Assembly: GCA_040752695.1 (NCBI GenBank)
Contig: JBFMGO010000036.1
Span: 1-45,554, forward strand
Direction of reading: 5' to 3'
Length of the DNA: 45,554 nt
Source of the DNA: a bacterium
GTDB taxonomy: Bacteria > SZUA-182 > DTGQ01
Of this stretch, positions 19,301-27,304 are shown in pieces. Each line of letters opens with the position of its first letter. Position 1 is the stretch's first letter. A program made the translations under genes and the position numbers. The notes under the pieces were generated by a model. It did no database searches, was not told where the DNA came from, and saw only the letters and a program-made list of their open reading frames with translations.

Positions 19301-19523
19301 GCTCTGTCAGGAATTGCGCCCTCATCTGGTCTTCATGATAGAGCGTAGTGGAAAGGGCCAGGCTGTTGAGCTCATTCGCACCGTTCATGATTTGTAGAAC
19401 TATCTTACTTTTCTGCTGCATCTTTTCCATCACTCGATAGGAGATATGGAAGACGAGGCCGATAGCGAGCGCCATGAGCGCAGGCACCGATGCGGCAAGC
19501 TTTAATTTCGTGCTGATTCTCAT
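16347..19523 (-). CDS. Membrane sensor kinase HAMP-GAF-3xPAS-HisKA_2-HATPase
   Basis: Two TM helices, DEIGELSRAFD HAMP, GAF, three PAS, LLKEIHHRVKNNLQ, NELVSNSLKYAF, SLGLRLV. Confidence 0.92.
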   Translation of the reverse strand: MRISTKLKLAASVPALMALAIGLVFHISYRVMEKMQQKSKIVLQIMNGANELNSLALSTTLYHEDQMRAQFLTEHDTVTGLIATLRLSDSGQRQLLENIRRSSESMKDLFLELVSTYEIPGPVENTASLKGAKEEALAGRVLALPREITKDALRLESLIDDEITTTQRRTAAFVFFLIVIITLPLTAVLIHMMKNISTSLATLSKGVKIITAGNLTHHTGIAAGDEIGELSRAFDLMTEQLQATTVSRNALSKEVEERKRAEEYLYKESRETEFANRVLQVFVKEAGDELYGKILDIVLERMESEYGVFGYVDENGDLICPTMSKIFDQCDMAQKCICYPAATWKGLWGRALLEKRTLYSNEPAVVPDGHVPIRRNLAAPILFQGTVIGLLNLANKETDYTEKDREFIEAIANRIAPVLYAQIQKEMRENERRRAEEALRESREDLNRAQAVAQTGSWRLDVRRNVLLWSDENHRIFGIPRGMPMTYEAFLAIVHPEDRQYVDEKWMAGLRGEPYDIEHRLVVGDTIKWVRERAELEFDADGVLKGGFGTTQDITGKKRAEEALRESEERYRRLFTNMTEGFALGEALFGEDGVPKDYRFLELNDAFEHQSGLKREAVVARPMTEVLPNLERSWIDTFCNVALTGKAVRFENYSRDTNRHYDVFCYRPDEGRFAIIFRDITRQKQAEKELHQALQAKEETLALLDAIFDSAPIGLGFYDKNLRFVRLNQALADINGLPIHEHLGKTVDEIVPDVCAASELIAKWRRILETGQPMINVEISGSTPAHPGEIHHWVDNWYPVTVRGQIIGLAVTVSDITGRKQAEEQIKRSLREKEVLLKEIHHRVKNNLQIIHSMLNLQLPYIRDEQAIATFKESQNRIYTMALIHEKLYQSRSLARVDVAEYIRSLVTSLFLSYGVSERTVRPDIKVENVTIGIDTVIPCALIINELVSNSLKYAFLDSPQRTGRMGEIRIDLRRAGGNKYLLTVGDNGVGLPEGLEIEKCESLGLRLVHVLVKQLKGTLQLGHPDKGGGTEFTITFETSFDTSETSFDTSKEERRLA

Positions 19524-19825
19524 ACCCTGATTTTATCCCCTGGATTTTCATATCCTGATTTTCATAATCTGTTCCTGCCTGTCAGCCATCCTGACGGCAA
19601 GTGTTTTCAATTCTGGCAATATGATGACAGAAAAGGTGGGCAATCACTTTTATTTTTATTAATATGTTTATTTTTTTTAAAATCTCTCTATGAGCTAGTT
19701 TGCCATAATCCGGTCAATTTTTCAATATGGGTATGATAAAAACTAGTTGTTTTTCAATCAGGTTGGTTATATAATTAATCTCAAAAAGAGGTTACGTTAT
19801 TACTTCATTTAGTTAAAATCGAAAC

Positions 19826-21424
19826 ATGAAAACCACGGATCAGGAAATTGTCTTGAGCAGTAAAATGCAGGGTCATCTCAAGACATCAGGTATAGATTAT
19901 GCTATCAGGGAAATTCACCAGGGTACGCATTTGTGCCAATTTTATCGAACCGAGGAAGATCTGACCGATATTCTTATACCATATTTCAAAGCCGGTATAG
20001 AACATAAGGAACTCTGCCTCTGGTTCGTCGCGGACCCTTGTCGTGAACGCGCGATCCAACAGGCAATACAAAGGATCTGGCCGGATTTTAATGAATATGT
20101 AAAAGAAGGCCGGATTGAGATTATTTCCCCTGGCCGCTGGTATCAGGAAGGGGAGAAGGTTAACCCGCAAGGTGCGGTCGACAGGCTGCTTGGGGAGTTA
20201 GGTGGAAAGATCGGGCAGGCCGCAACCGGCGGTTATCATGGTTTGAGATTTGTCCAGGATGCAGCCAGCCTTGACGAACAAGACCGGCCTGAATTCACAG
20301 ACTATGAAAAGGAAATGAGCAGGATCGTTGATCAATGCCGAATGACCGCTCTGTGCTGTTATCCTCTCGATAGATGGAGTGCAGCCAAAATAATCGATAT
20401 TGTCAGCAGTCACCGGCTAACCCTGGTCAAGCGGGATGAAGAATGGAAAATGATTGAGAATTCCGGTATTTTCACCGCGCCTGAGAAAGCGTGTGAGGGA
20501 TACGGGAAATCCTTCCCGGAAGGCTCTGGCAGATCTGGTATGGATTATCCTCCCGCCCCCCGCCACACCCAAGGCCGGAATGCCGAAGTCCCCTGCTGCA
20601 ATGTCAGCCTCTTTGGGGGTGAAGTTGACGAGGTTCAAGGCACTTTTGCTGCGGGCCGTGATATTGATGAATTGAGGCGCGCCGAGAAGAAGCTGAAGAC
20701 GTATATGGCCAAACTTGAGAAGAGCAATCAGGAGCTTCAGGACTTTGCCTTTGCAGCTTCTCACGATCTGCAAGAGCCGCTTCGTAAGATCCAGTCTTTC
20801 GGGGACCAGTTGAAAGTCAAATACTTCGACCATCTCGGAGCTGAAGGCCGCGATTACCTGGAGAGAATGCAGAGCGCAGCGAAAAGGATGCAGGCCCTTA
20901 TCCGGGCACTGCTCAGCTATTCCAGGGTCACCACCATGGCCGAACCTTTTTCCACGATATCTTTGACGGGCCTGGCCCGGGAAGTGGTCGCTGATCTGGA
21001 AACGAGAGTGAGAGAAACCGGCGGCAGGGTCAGGATCGAGGACCTGGCAGACCTGGAAGCTGACCCGAATCAAATGCGCCAGCTCTTCCAGAACCTTATC
21101 TGCAATGCCTTAAAATTCCACGGCCGGGAAAAACCGCTTATCAGGATCTATGGGCAGAAAAACCATTCATCAGCCCAATACCGGATTTTTATCCAGGACA
21201 ATGGCATCGGCTTTGACGAAAAATATCTCGATCGCCTCTTTATTCCTTTCCAGCGATTGCACGGCCGCAGCAGCGGCTATGAAGGGACAGGTATGGGGCT
21301 GGCCATTTGCAGAAAGATCGTGGAACGTCACGGCGGAACTATTACCGCCAGAAGCACGCAGGGGAAAGGATCGACCTTTATGATTACCCTGCCTGTGAAA
21401 CAGTTCAAAGAGGAAGAGGTATAG
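19826..21424 (+). CDS. MEDS-domain histidine kinase
   Basis: GTHLCQFY..DL.DILIPYFKAG MEDS signature; ASHDLQEPLRKI; NLICNALKF; GTGMGL. Confidence 0.9.
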   Translation: MKTTDQEIVLSSKMQGHLKTSGIDYAIREIHQGTHLCQFYRTEEDLTDILIPYFKAGIEHKELCLWFVADPCRERAIQQAIQRIWPDFNEYVKEGRIEIISPGRWYQEGEKVNPQGAVDRLLGELGGKIGQAATGGYHGLRFVQDAASLDEQDRPEFTDYEKEMSRIVDQCRMTALCCYPLDRWSAAKIIDIVSSHRLTLVKRDEEWKMIENSGIFTAPEKACEGYGKSFPEGSGRSGMDYPPAPRHTQGRNAEVPCCNVSLFGGEVDEVQGTFAAGRDIDELRRAEKKLKTYMAKLEKSNQELQDFAFAASHDLQEPLRKIQSFGDQLKVKYFDHLGAEGRDYLERMQSAAKRMQALIRALLSYSRVTTMAEPFSTISLTGLAREVVADLETRVRETGGRVRIEDLADLEADPNQMRQLFQNLICNALKFHGREKPLIRIYGQKNHSSAQYRIFIQDNGIGFDEKYLDRLFIPFQRLHGRSSGYEGTGMGLAICRKIVERHGGTITARSTQGKGSTFMITLPVKQFKEEEV

Positions 21425-21428
21425 AGGT

Positions 21429-21890
21429 ATGATGATAGACAGGATGGCGAATCCTTCGATATTGATGGCTGATGATGATCAGGATGATTGCCTTTTGGTA
21501 AAAAATGCCTTTACCGCCGGACGGATTGCCAATAGCCTTTACTTTGTCGAGGATGGCGAAGAATTGATGGATTACCTTTATCATCGCGGCAAATATGGCG
21601 ATATCGCTGCTTTTCCATCTCCGGGACTGATTTTGCTTGATTTGAATATGCCAAGAAAAGATGGCCGTGAGGCCCTCAGGGAGATAAAAGCCGATTCCGG
21701 TCTTAGAAAGATTCCTGTCATTATCCTGACTACCTCTGAACGGGAGGAGGAAATAGTGCGCAGCTATGAGATGGGCGCCAATTCATTCATCACTAAGCCA
21801 ATGTCCTTCCAGGGATTGGTGGAGATCATAAAAACCCTGAGCAGGTACTGGTTTGAGATCGTGGAACTGCCAGACATACAAGAAGGATAA
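21429..21890 (+). CDS. Single-domain response regulator (Rcp1-like)
   Basis: ILMADDD, LLDLNMPRKDGREAL, LTTS, GANSFITKP, YWFEIVELP. Confidence 0.92.
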   Translation: MMIDRMANPSILMADDDQDDCLLVKNAFTAGRIANSLYFVEDGEELMDYLYHRGKYGDIAAFPSPGLILLDLNMPRKDGREALREIKADSGLRKIPVIILTTSEREEEIVRSYEMGANSFITKPMSFQGLVEIIKTLSRYWFEIVELPDIQEG

Positions 21891-21892
21891 TA

Positions 21893-23461
21893 ATGGGCAC
21901 TTTCCCTTTGTCAATACATGTTTTGCTTATTGAAGATGATGAGGATGATTATATTCTCATCAGACAGATGCTGGCCAGCATTCCGGGCAGGCGGTACGAT
22001 CTTGCATGGGTTTCAACCTACGAGGCTGCCCTTTTGGCCATGCAGGAAAATAGACATGAGGTTTATCTCCTCGATTACCGGCTCGATCAGCGTACCGGGC
22101 TGGAACTTATGCAGGAAGCTGTCAGGAAAGGCTGCTGCCACAGCCCTGTCATATTTCTTACCGGCCACGGAGGGTATGAAATCGATATAGAAGTGATGAA
22201 AGCGGGAGCAGCGGATTACCTCACCAAAGGAGAGTTTAACTCATCGCTCCTTGAACGTTCCATTCGGTATGCTATCGAGCGGAAAAAATCTGAGGAGGCT
22301 TTGATTCGAAGCGAGAAGGAATTACAAAAATTAGAACGGCTTGAATCCATAGGTATTCTGGCTGGTGGTATTGCTCACGATTTTAACAATGTCTTAACAG
22401 CCGTTGTTGGAAATCTCTCCTTGGCTAAATGCTATATAGACCCGGAAAGCAAAGCGGCCCAATTGCTGGCTCAGATGGAAAAATCGCTTTCGCAAGCCAA
22501 GAGCCTGACTCAGCAGTTGTTAACCTTTGCCAGGGGCGGTGCGCCGATAAAGAAACTTGCTTCAATCTCAGAGTTAATAGAGGATACAGTAACTTTTGTC
22601 CTCAGAGGCTCTAACGTGAAAAGCGAATTGCAGATACCCGATGCCCTTTGGCCGGTCGAAATCGATGAGGATCAGATCAGCCAAGTTTTGCATAACCTGG
22701 CTATCAATGCCAAACAGGCTATGCCCTGCGGGGGAGTAATAAGAATTTTTGCCGAGAATGTAACCATCGGAGCACAGGATACGATCCCCTTGAAGGAAGG
22801 ACGATATCTCAGGATATCACTGAAAGACGGGGGAGTCGGAATCCCTGAAGAAAACCTTACACATATATTTGATCCTTATTTTACTACCAAGAAGGACGGA
22901 ACCGGCCTGGGATTAGCGGCAGTATTCTCAATTGTGAAAAGGCATGAGGGCTATATTACCTGCGAATCTCAAAAGGGGGTTGGAACCACCTTTCATATTT
23001 ATCTACCAGCTTCGGAGAAAGAGCAGGGAAAAGAAAGTGAAAAGAAAGAACTCTATTTTTGCCAGGGCAGAATATTGGTTATGGACGATCAGGAATATGT
23101 CAGAAACATTACCGGTGAGATACTCGTCTTTCTTGGCTATCAGGTTGCATTTTCAGCCGATGGGGAAGAAGCTATAGAGCTTTATAAAAAAGCCCGCGAG
23201 TCAGGGAATCCCTTTGATGCAGTTATCCTGGACTTAACCATACCTGGTGGTATCGGTGGCAAGGAGGTTATTCAGGAACTGCGGAAAATAGACCCTTTCG
23301 TGAAAGCGATTGTTTCAAGCGGGTATTCCAATGATCCCATTATGGCTGATTACAGAAAATACGGCTTCAGTGGAGTAATTACCAAGCCTTATGATATCGA
23401 AGAATTCAGTAAAAGGCTGTGCGAGGTAAGGGGAAATCCCCTATCGAACTCTTGCAGTTGA
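21893..23461 (+). CDS. REC-HisKA-HATPase-REC hybrid kinase
   Basis: N-terminal REC, LAGGIAHDFNN, FDPYFTTK..GTGLGL, C-terminal REC (ILVMDD, LDLTIPGG). Confidence 0.92.
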   Translation: MGTFPLSIHVLLIEDDEDDYILIRQMLASIPGRRYDLAWVSTYEAALLAMQENRHEVYLLDYRLDQRTGLELMQEAVRKGCCHSPVIFLTGHGGYEIDIEVMKAGAADYLTKGEFNSSLLERSIRYAIERKKSEEALIRSEKELQKLERLESIGILAGGIAHDFNNVLTAVVGNLSLAKCYIDPESKAAQLLAQMEKSLSQAKSLTQQLLTFARGGAPIKKLASISELIEDTVTFVLRGSNVKSELQIPDALWPVEIDEDQISQVLHNLAINAKQAMPCGGVIRIFAENVTIGAQDTIPLKEGRYLRISLKDGGVGIPEENLTHIFDPYFTTKKDGTGLGLAAVFSIVKRHEGYITCESQKGVGTTFHIYLPASEKEQGKESEKKELYFCQGRILVMDDQEYVRNITGEILVFLGYQVAFSADGEEAIELYKKARESGNPFDAVILDLTIPGGIGGKEVIQELRKIDPFVKAIVSSGYSNDPIMADYRKYGFSGVITKPYDIEEFSKRLCEVRGNPLSNSCS

Positions 23462-23685
23462 TTTCTCCTCTTTTAGAGCAGCCCCTATCAAAAATCACTC
23501 CCAAGGACATTCCCGCCATTTTTTAAAACAGCTACCTGGGCCAAAAAGTTGTCCTTGAAAACCAGAGCTTATACCGAGCGATATACTATAAAATACTGAC
23601 CCCCAGCTTGTTTTTTCTGCCGGTTGTTGTTGGCTGATATTGGTTCCGGCTTGTCCGGGCCGGGGATATTACAAAATGCAAGCGA

Positions 23686-24840
23686 ATGGAGAAATCAGTG
23701 TGTGAGCTTAAAAAAAATAATTATTCCAGCCTGATCGAACAGACTAAGGATGGAATAATTATTATTGATGAGGAAATCATTCAGTTTACCAATGAGGCTG
23801 CGGCGGAAATTATCGGCTGTGATATTGAAGAACTTATCGGAAAATCCTACATTTCTATCGTTGTCCCGGAGTTGAAAGAAATCAGTGCCCAAAGATGCAG
23901 GTTGTGTCAGGCTGGCAAATATATCTCATTCCATGAAACAAAATTTATCGGTACGAACCGTAAAACCAGTGAGGTGGGAATTTCCGCCAGTCCCGTCCGA
24001 TGTCACGACAAAACCATGGTGATGGCAATTGTTCACAATCTCACCGAACACAAAAGACAGCAGGAAGAGGTGCAGAAGAACCAGAAACTCGAATCCCTTG
24101 GTCTTCTCGCTGGCGGCATTGCCCATGACTTCAATAACCTTTTGGCTGTAATTATCGGCAATTTGTCTTTGGTCAGGACGTATGGCCAGCCAGGATATGA
24201 CCTTTTGGCCATACTGGAAGAAACCAGAAAAGCAGCCTGGCAGGCCAGAGATTTAACGCAGCAGCTATTTACCTTTGCCAGGCCTGCCATACCAGTCAAG
24301 AGAGCAGTTTCCCTTTCGAAATTGATCAAAGAGATAGCCGCTTCTACCTTGAGCGGCTCTAAAACGAGGTGTGAGTTTTCACTCCGGGACGATCTGTGGT
24401 GTTCTGAAATTGATGAGGGACAGATCGGCCAGGTCATCAGGAATCTGATTATGAATGCCGATCAGGCCATGGCCGGGGCCGGGCTCATTGAAATACGCGC
24501 CGAAAATGTCATAGTCAAGGCAGAGGACGATCTTCCCCTCAAAAAGGGGAAATACACCAGGGTATCGGTGAAAGATTACGGGATCGGTATCAGGGAGGAA
24601 AATCTTCAAAAGATATTCGATCCGTATTTCACCACCAAGCAAAAGGGAAGCGGCTTTGGCTTGGCCATAAGCTATGCTATTGTCAAAAGGCATGAAGGAT
24701 ACATAAGCGTCGAGTCCAAGCCAGGAGGCGGAACCACTTTTCATGTCTACCTCCCTGCAATAGAAAAATGTTTCGGCAGTGAAGGTAGTAATGAGGGGGA
24801 AAATCGTCGCTGCCCGGGAGAAAATGTTAGCCCTGGATAA
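23686..24840 (+). CDS. PAS-HisKA-HATPase kinase lacking a C-terminal receiver
   Basis: PAS, LAGGIAHDFNN, FDPYFTTK..GSGFGL; paralog of the upstream kinase core. Confidence 0.88.
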   Translation: MEKSVCELKKNNYSSLIEQTKDGIIIIDEEIIQFTNEAAAEIIGCDIEELIGKSYISIVVPELKEISAQRCRLCQAGKYISFHETKFIGTNRKTSEVGISASPVRCHDKTMVMAIVHNLTEHKRQQEEVQKNQKLESLGLLAGGIAHDFNNLLAVIIGNLSLVRTYGQPGYDLLAILEETRKAAWQARDLTQQLFTFARPAIPVKRAVSLSKLIKEIAASTLSGSKTRCEFSLRDDLWCSEIDEGQIGQVIRNLIMNADQAMAGAGLIEIRAENVIVKAEDDLPLKKGKYTRVSVKDYGIGIREENLQKIFDPYFTTKQKGSGFGLAISYAIVKRHEGYISVESKPGGGTTFHVYLPAIEKCFGSEGSNEGENRRCPGENVSPG

Positions 24841-24925
24841 TGGGGAAGGCCGCAAGCCGGCGGGCACGGGGACTGGACACCCCGGTCTTGGATGTCGGGC
24901 TGCTCCGGACTTGGACGTCTTTTCT

Positions 24926-24964
24926 CCCTCGTCCCTTTGGGGAGAGGGCTTCGGGTGAGGGGGG
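24926..24964. repeat. BoxC-like palindromic repeat unit
   Basis: CCCTCGTCCCTTTGGGGAGAGGGCTTCGGGTGAGGGGG resembles the widespread CCCTCTCCC-GGGAGAGGG-GGGTGAGGG unit. Confidence 0.55.
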
Positions 24965-24976
24965 ATTGAAGAATCA

Positions 24977-25045
24977 GATGCTGGATGCCGGATATGGGGA
25001 TGCCGGAAGCTGGATTCCGGCTGCTGACGGGATGCTGGAAGCTGG
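24977..25045. repeat. Degenerate heptamer tract (GATGCTG/GATGCCG/GAAGCTG)
   Basis: About eight 7-bp units between convergent genes. Confidence 0.65.
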
Positions 25046-25095
25046 CCTGGATATTCGGCCATTGATTAACCGGCTTTTGTGAATCCTGCCTTATC

Positions 25096-25776
25096 TCACC
25101 TTCTCATGAAGTAGTTGACCAGCATGCCGGGGTCATTGCTCCCGATGCCGTCAACCTGCATTTCGACATATGGTTTCAGCAGGGCAGGGTGATCAATATT
25201 CCAAACGAAAACCTTTACTTTTTCCCTGTGGGCTGCCTCGACCAGTTCCTTATTGACAAAGGCATAGTTCATGACCAATGCCTCGGCGGATACCTGTCTG
25301 GCAAGGCAGGCATCCACCGGACACCCGACCAGAAGCACACCTGTTTTGATGCGGCTTTCCATCTCCTTGACTCTTTTGACCAGCATGTGCCAAAAGGAAA
25401 TGACAAAGACGCTGTCAAAAAGCTCACTTTTTCTGATCAGGTCGACTACTCCCTCCTCGGTGCCTTCCTCTTTCAGCTCAACTACCAGCATGGCCCTTGA
25501 GCGGACATGATCAATTACTTCCTGCAGGCTGGGTATGCGCTCTCCCTTGCCTGCATCGAATTGTTTTATCTCTGAAAGGGTGTAGCCGCTGACCGGGCCG
25601 GTTCCATCGGTGGTTCGGTCGAGCGTTGAATCGTGGATAACCGCAAGTTCCCTGTCCCTGGTCAGATGGACATCGATTTCTACCGCATCGACCCCCAACT
25701 CCAGGGCCAGGTTGATCGAACGTAAGGTATTTTCAGGCTCAAGCGCAGCAGCCCCCCGGTGTCCCATCAGGATCAT
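25096..25776 (-). CDS. Glycerophosphodiester phosphodiesterase (GDPD)
   Basis: GHRGA..PENT, EIDVHLTRD..VIHD.TLDRTT, VELK, VDGIGSNDP. Confidence 0.93.
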   Translation of the reverse strand: MILMGHRGAAALEPENTLRSINLALELGVDAVEIDVHLTRDRELAVIHDSTLDRTTDGTGPVSGYTLSEIKQFDAGKGERIPSLQEVIDHVRSRAMLVVELKEEGTEEGVVDLIRKSELFDSVFVISFWHMLVKRVKEMESRIKTGVLLVGCPVDACLARQVSAEALVMNYAFVNKELVEAAHREKVKVFVWNIDHPALLKPYVEMQVDGIGSNDPGMLVNYFMRR

Positions 25777-26019
25777 AGCCGTTCTCCTTTTTTTGTTTCT
25801 TTTCCGTTTTCCTTATTTCATTATCCTCTAACAAATATATCCGATTGTCAAGGGGGGAAAATATCCTTTGTGGCGCGTAGATTCCATAATAGAAAGACAG
25901 TAAAAAAAAGTGGGCGAAATATGGTAATCTTCCCTGATAATCACTTATAATGTCAGATATACTATATCTTGCATATGGTTGAGGCAACTGCATAACCCAG
26001 TTTATAATTTTAATAACTA

Positions 26020-26160
26020 TACCTTTGCATTTTTTATTAACTGCTTGAAATGTTGATAGTTTTGCAATGACTGCCTGTCATTCCCGCGAAGGCGGGAATC
26101 CAGGCTTTTCAAGGGCTTCTAGATTCCTGCCTTCGCGGGAATGACAAAAGTGCAAAAGTA
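26020..26160. mobile_element. 141-bp IS630-like MITE carrying a dRS3-like REP hairpin
   Basis: TIRs TACCTTTGCA...TGCAAAAGTA, TA duplication at 26018-26019 and 26161-26162; homologous to 1845-1911. Confidence 0.7.
26076..26146. repeat. dRS3-like REP doublet
   Basis: TGTCATTCCCGCGAAGGCGGGAATCCAG and its inverted copy; fits ATTCCC-N8-GGGAAT. Confidence 0.85.
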
Positions 26161-26246
26161 TAGATAGTTAAAATAGCAGATTGATTTATTACTCCTCTTA
26201 TACTATAGTCAGAGAAAGCCAACCAGTAACCAGAGGAGAAAAAATT

Positions 26247-26528
26247 ATGGAAAAGATGAATGATATCAAAGTCGATAAGCTGAACCAGGAAGAACTGACA
26301 AAAAGGGATGTTTTTTCCTGGCCTATATGGGAAAAGGAAGTATCCCGTTTTGACTGGCATTATGATGGTACCGAAGAGTGCTATCTTTTGGAAGGGAAAG
26401 TTGTGGTTGAGACAAAAGATGGGAAAAAGGTGGAGTTTGGCAAAGGGGATTTTGTTACCTTTCCCGATGGCTTGTCCTGTACCTGGGACATCAAGGAGCC
26501 GGTCAGAAAGCATTATAATTTCAGATGA
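26247..26528 (+). CDS. Cupin (DUF861/cupin_3-like) protein
   Basis: WPIWEKEVSRFDWHY..EECYLLEGKVVV..GDFVTFP.GLSCTWDI..PVRKHY; RBS GAGGAG. Confidence 0.9.
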   Translation: MEKMNDIKVDKLNQEELTKRDVFSWPIWEKEVSRFDWHYDGTEECYLLEGKVVVETKDGKKVEFGKGDFVTFPDGLSCTWDIKEPVRKHYNFR

Positions 26529-26625
26529 TAGCCTGCTGCATGGTACAGGCATGATGGGTGATGCATTGCCTATCGCACATAATGCCTGATGAATCCTGAG
26601 GAGGAAAAAGGGATGAGAGGTTTTC

Positions 26626-26856
26626 ATGTTAGCCGTTAAAGGGATGTATGAGAATGGTAAAATAATTTTGCAGGAAAAGGTGAAGGCAACCAAGCCAGTC
26701 GAGGTTATTGTTACATTCTTGGAAGATGTTGAAATACCTACACCGAAAAAACTCGATTTAGGGAAATTTTCATTCAGCAAGGCCAGAGAATTACTAAAAG
26801 ATTACCAGGGATCATTAAGTGATGCGATTTTAGAAGAGCGACGGAGCGAGATATGA
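26626..26856 (+). CDS. Putative antitoxin (VapB partner)
   Basis: 76 aa, KGMYENGKI N-terminus, SLSDAILEER C-terminus, ATGA overlap with PIN gene. Confidence 0.75.
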   Translation: MLAVKGMYENGKIILQEKVKATKPVEVIVTFLEDVEIPTPKKLDLGKFSFSKARELLKDYQGSLSDAILEERRSEI

Positions 26857-27278
26857 GAGCATTTTTAGATACATCTTCCCTCTTGAAGCTATACCATCAT
26901 GAAATAGGTTCCGATGCAATAGAGGATGCTCTTTTAAGTGACGTTGAAGAGATATTTTTATCAGATATCGCCATTTTGGAGTTTCGTTCCGCTATCTGGA
27001 AAAAGGTTAGGAAAGGCGAGATTAACGAGAAGGTTGCTATAGAAGTTATTTCGTATTTCCAGGATGATTATCATAACTTCCAATGGATAAAGATACAGTT
27101 CGAGACTCTTGAGGCAGCATCAAAGCTACTCATGAAATATGGTCATAAGGGATTGAGGACATTGGATTCTTTGCAGTTAGCATCCGCCTTAACTTTAAAA
27201 AATGATGAATGTATTTTCCTGACTTCAGATAATTTGTTGAAGTCACTGTTTAAAGAAGAAAGCCTTCATGTAACATAG
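26853..27278 (+). CDS. vapC: VapC-family PIN-domain toxin
   Basis: FLDTSSLLKLY..E.GS, LEFRSA, LRTLDSLQLASAL, FLTSD. Confidence 0.9.
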   Translation: MRAFLDTSSLLKLYHHEIGSDAIEDALLSDVEEIFLSDIAILEFRSAIWKKVRKGEINEKVAIEVISYFQDDYHNFQWIKIQFETLEAASKLLMKYGHKGLRTLDSLQLASALTLKNDECIFLTSDNLLKSLFKEESLHVT

Positions 27279-27304
27279 GCAATTGGAAAACAAAAAAAGA
27301 GCTC

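Noticed and set aside
24379..25062. 227-aa minus-strand ORF and the 80-aa ORF at 24840-25082
   Set aside because: Made of repeat DNA and antisense kinase sequence.
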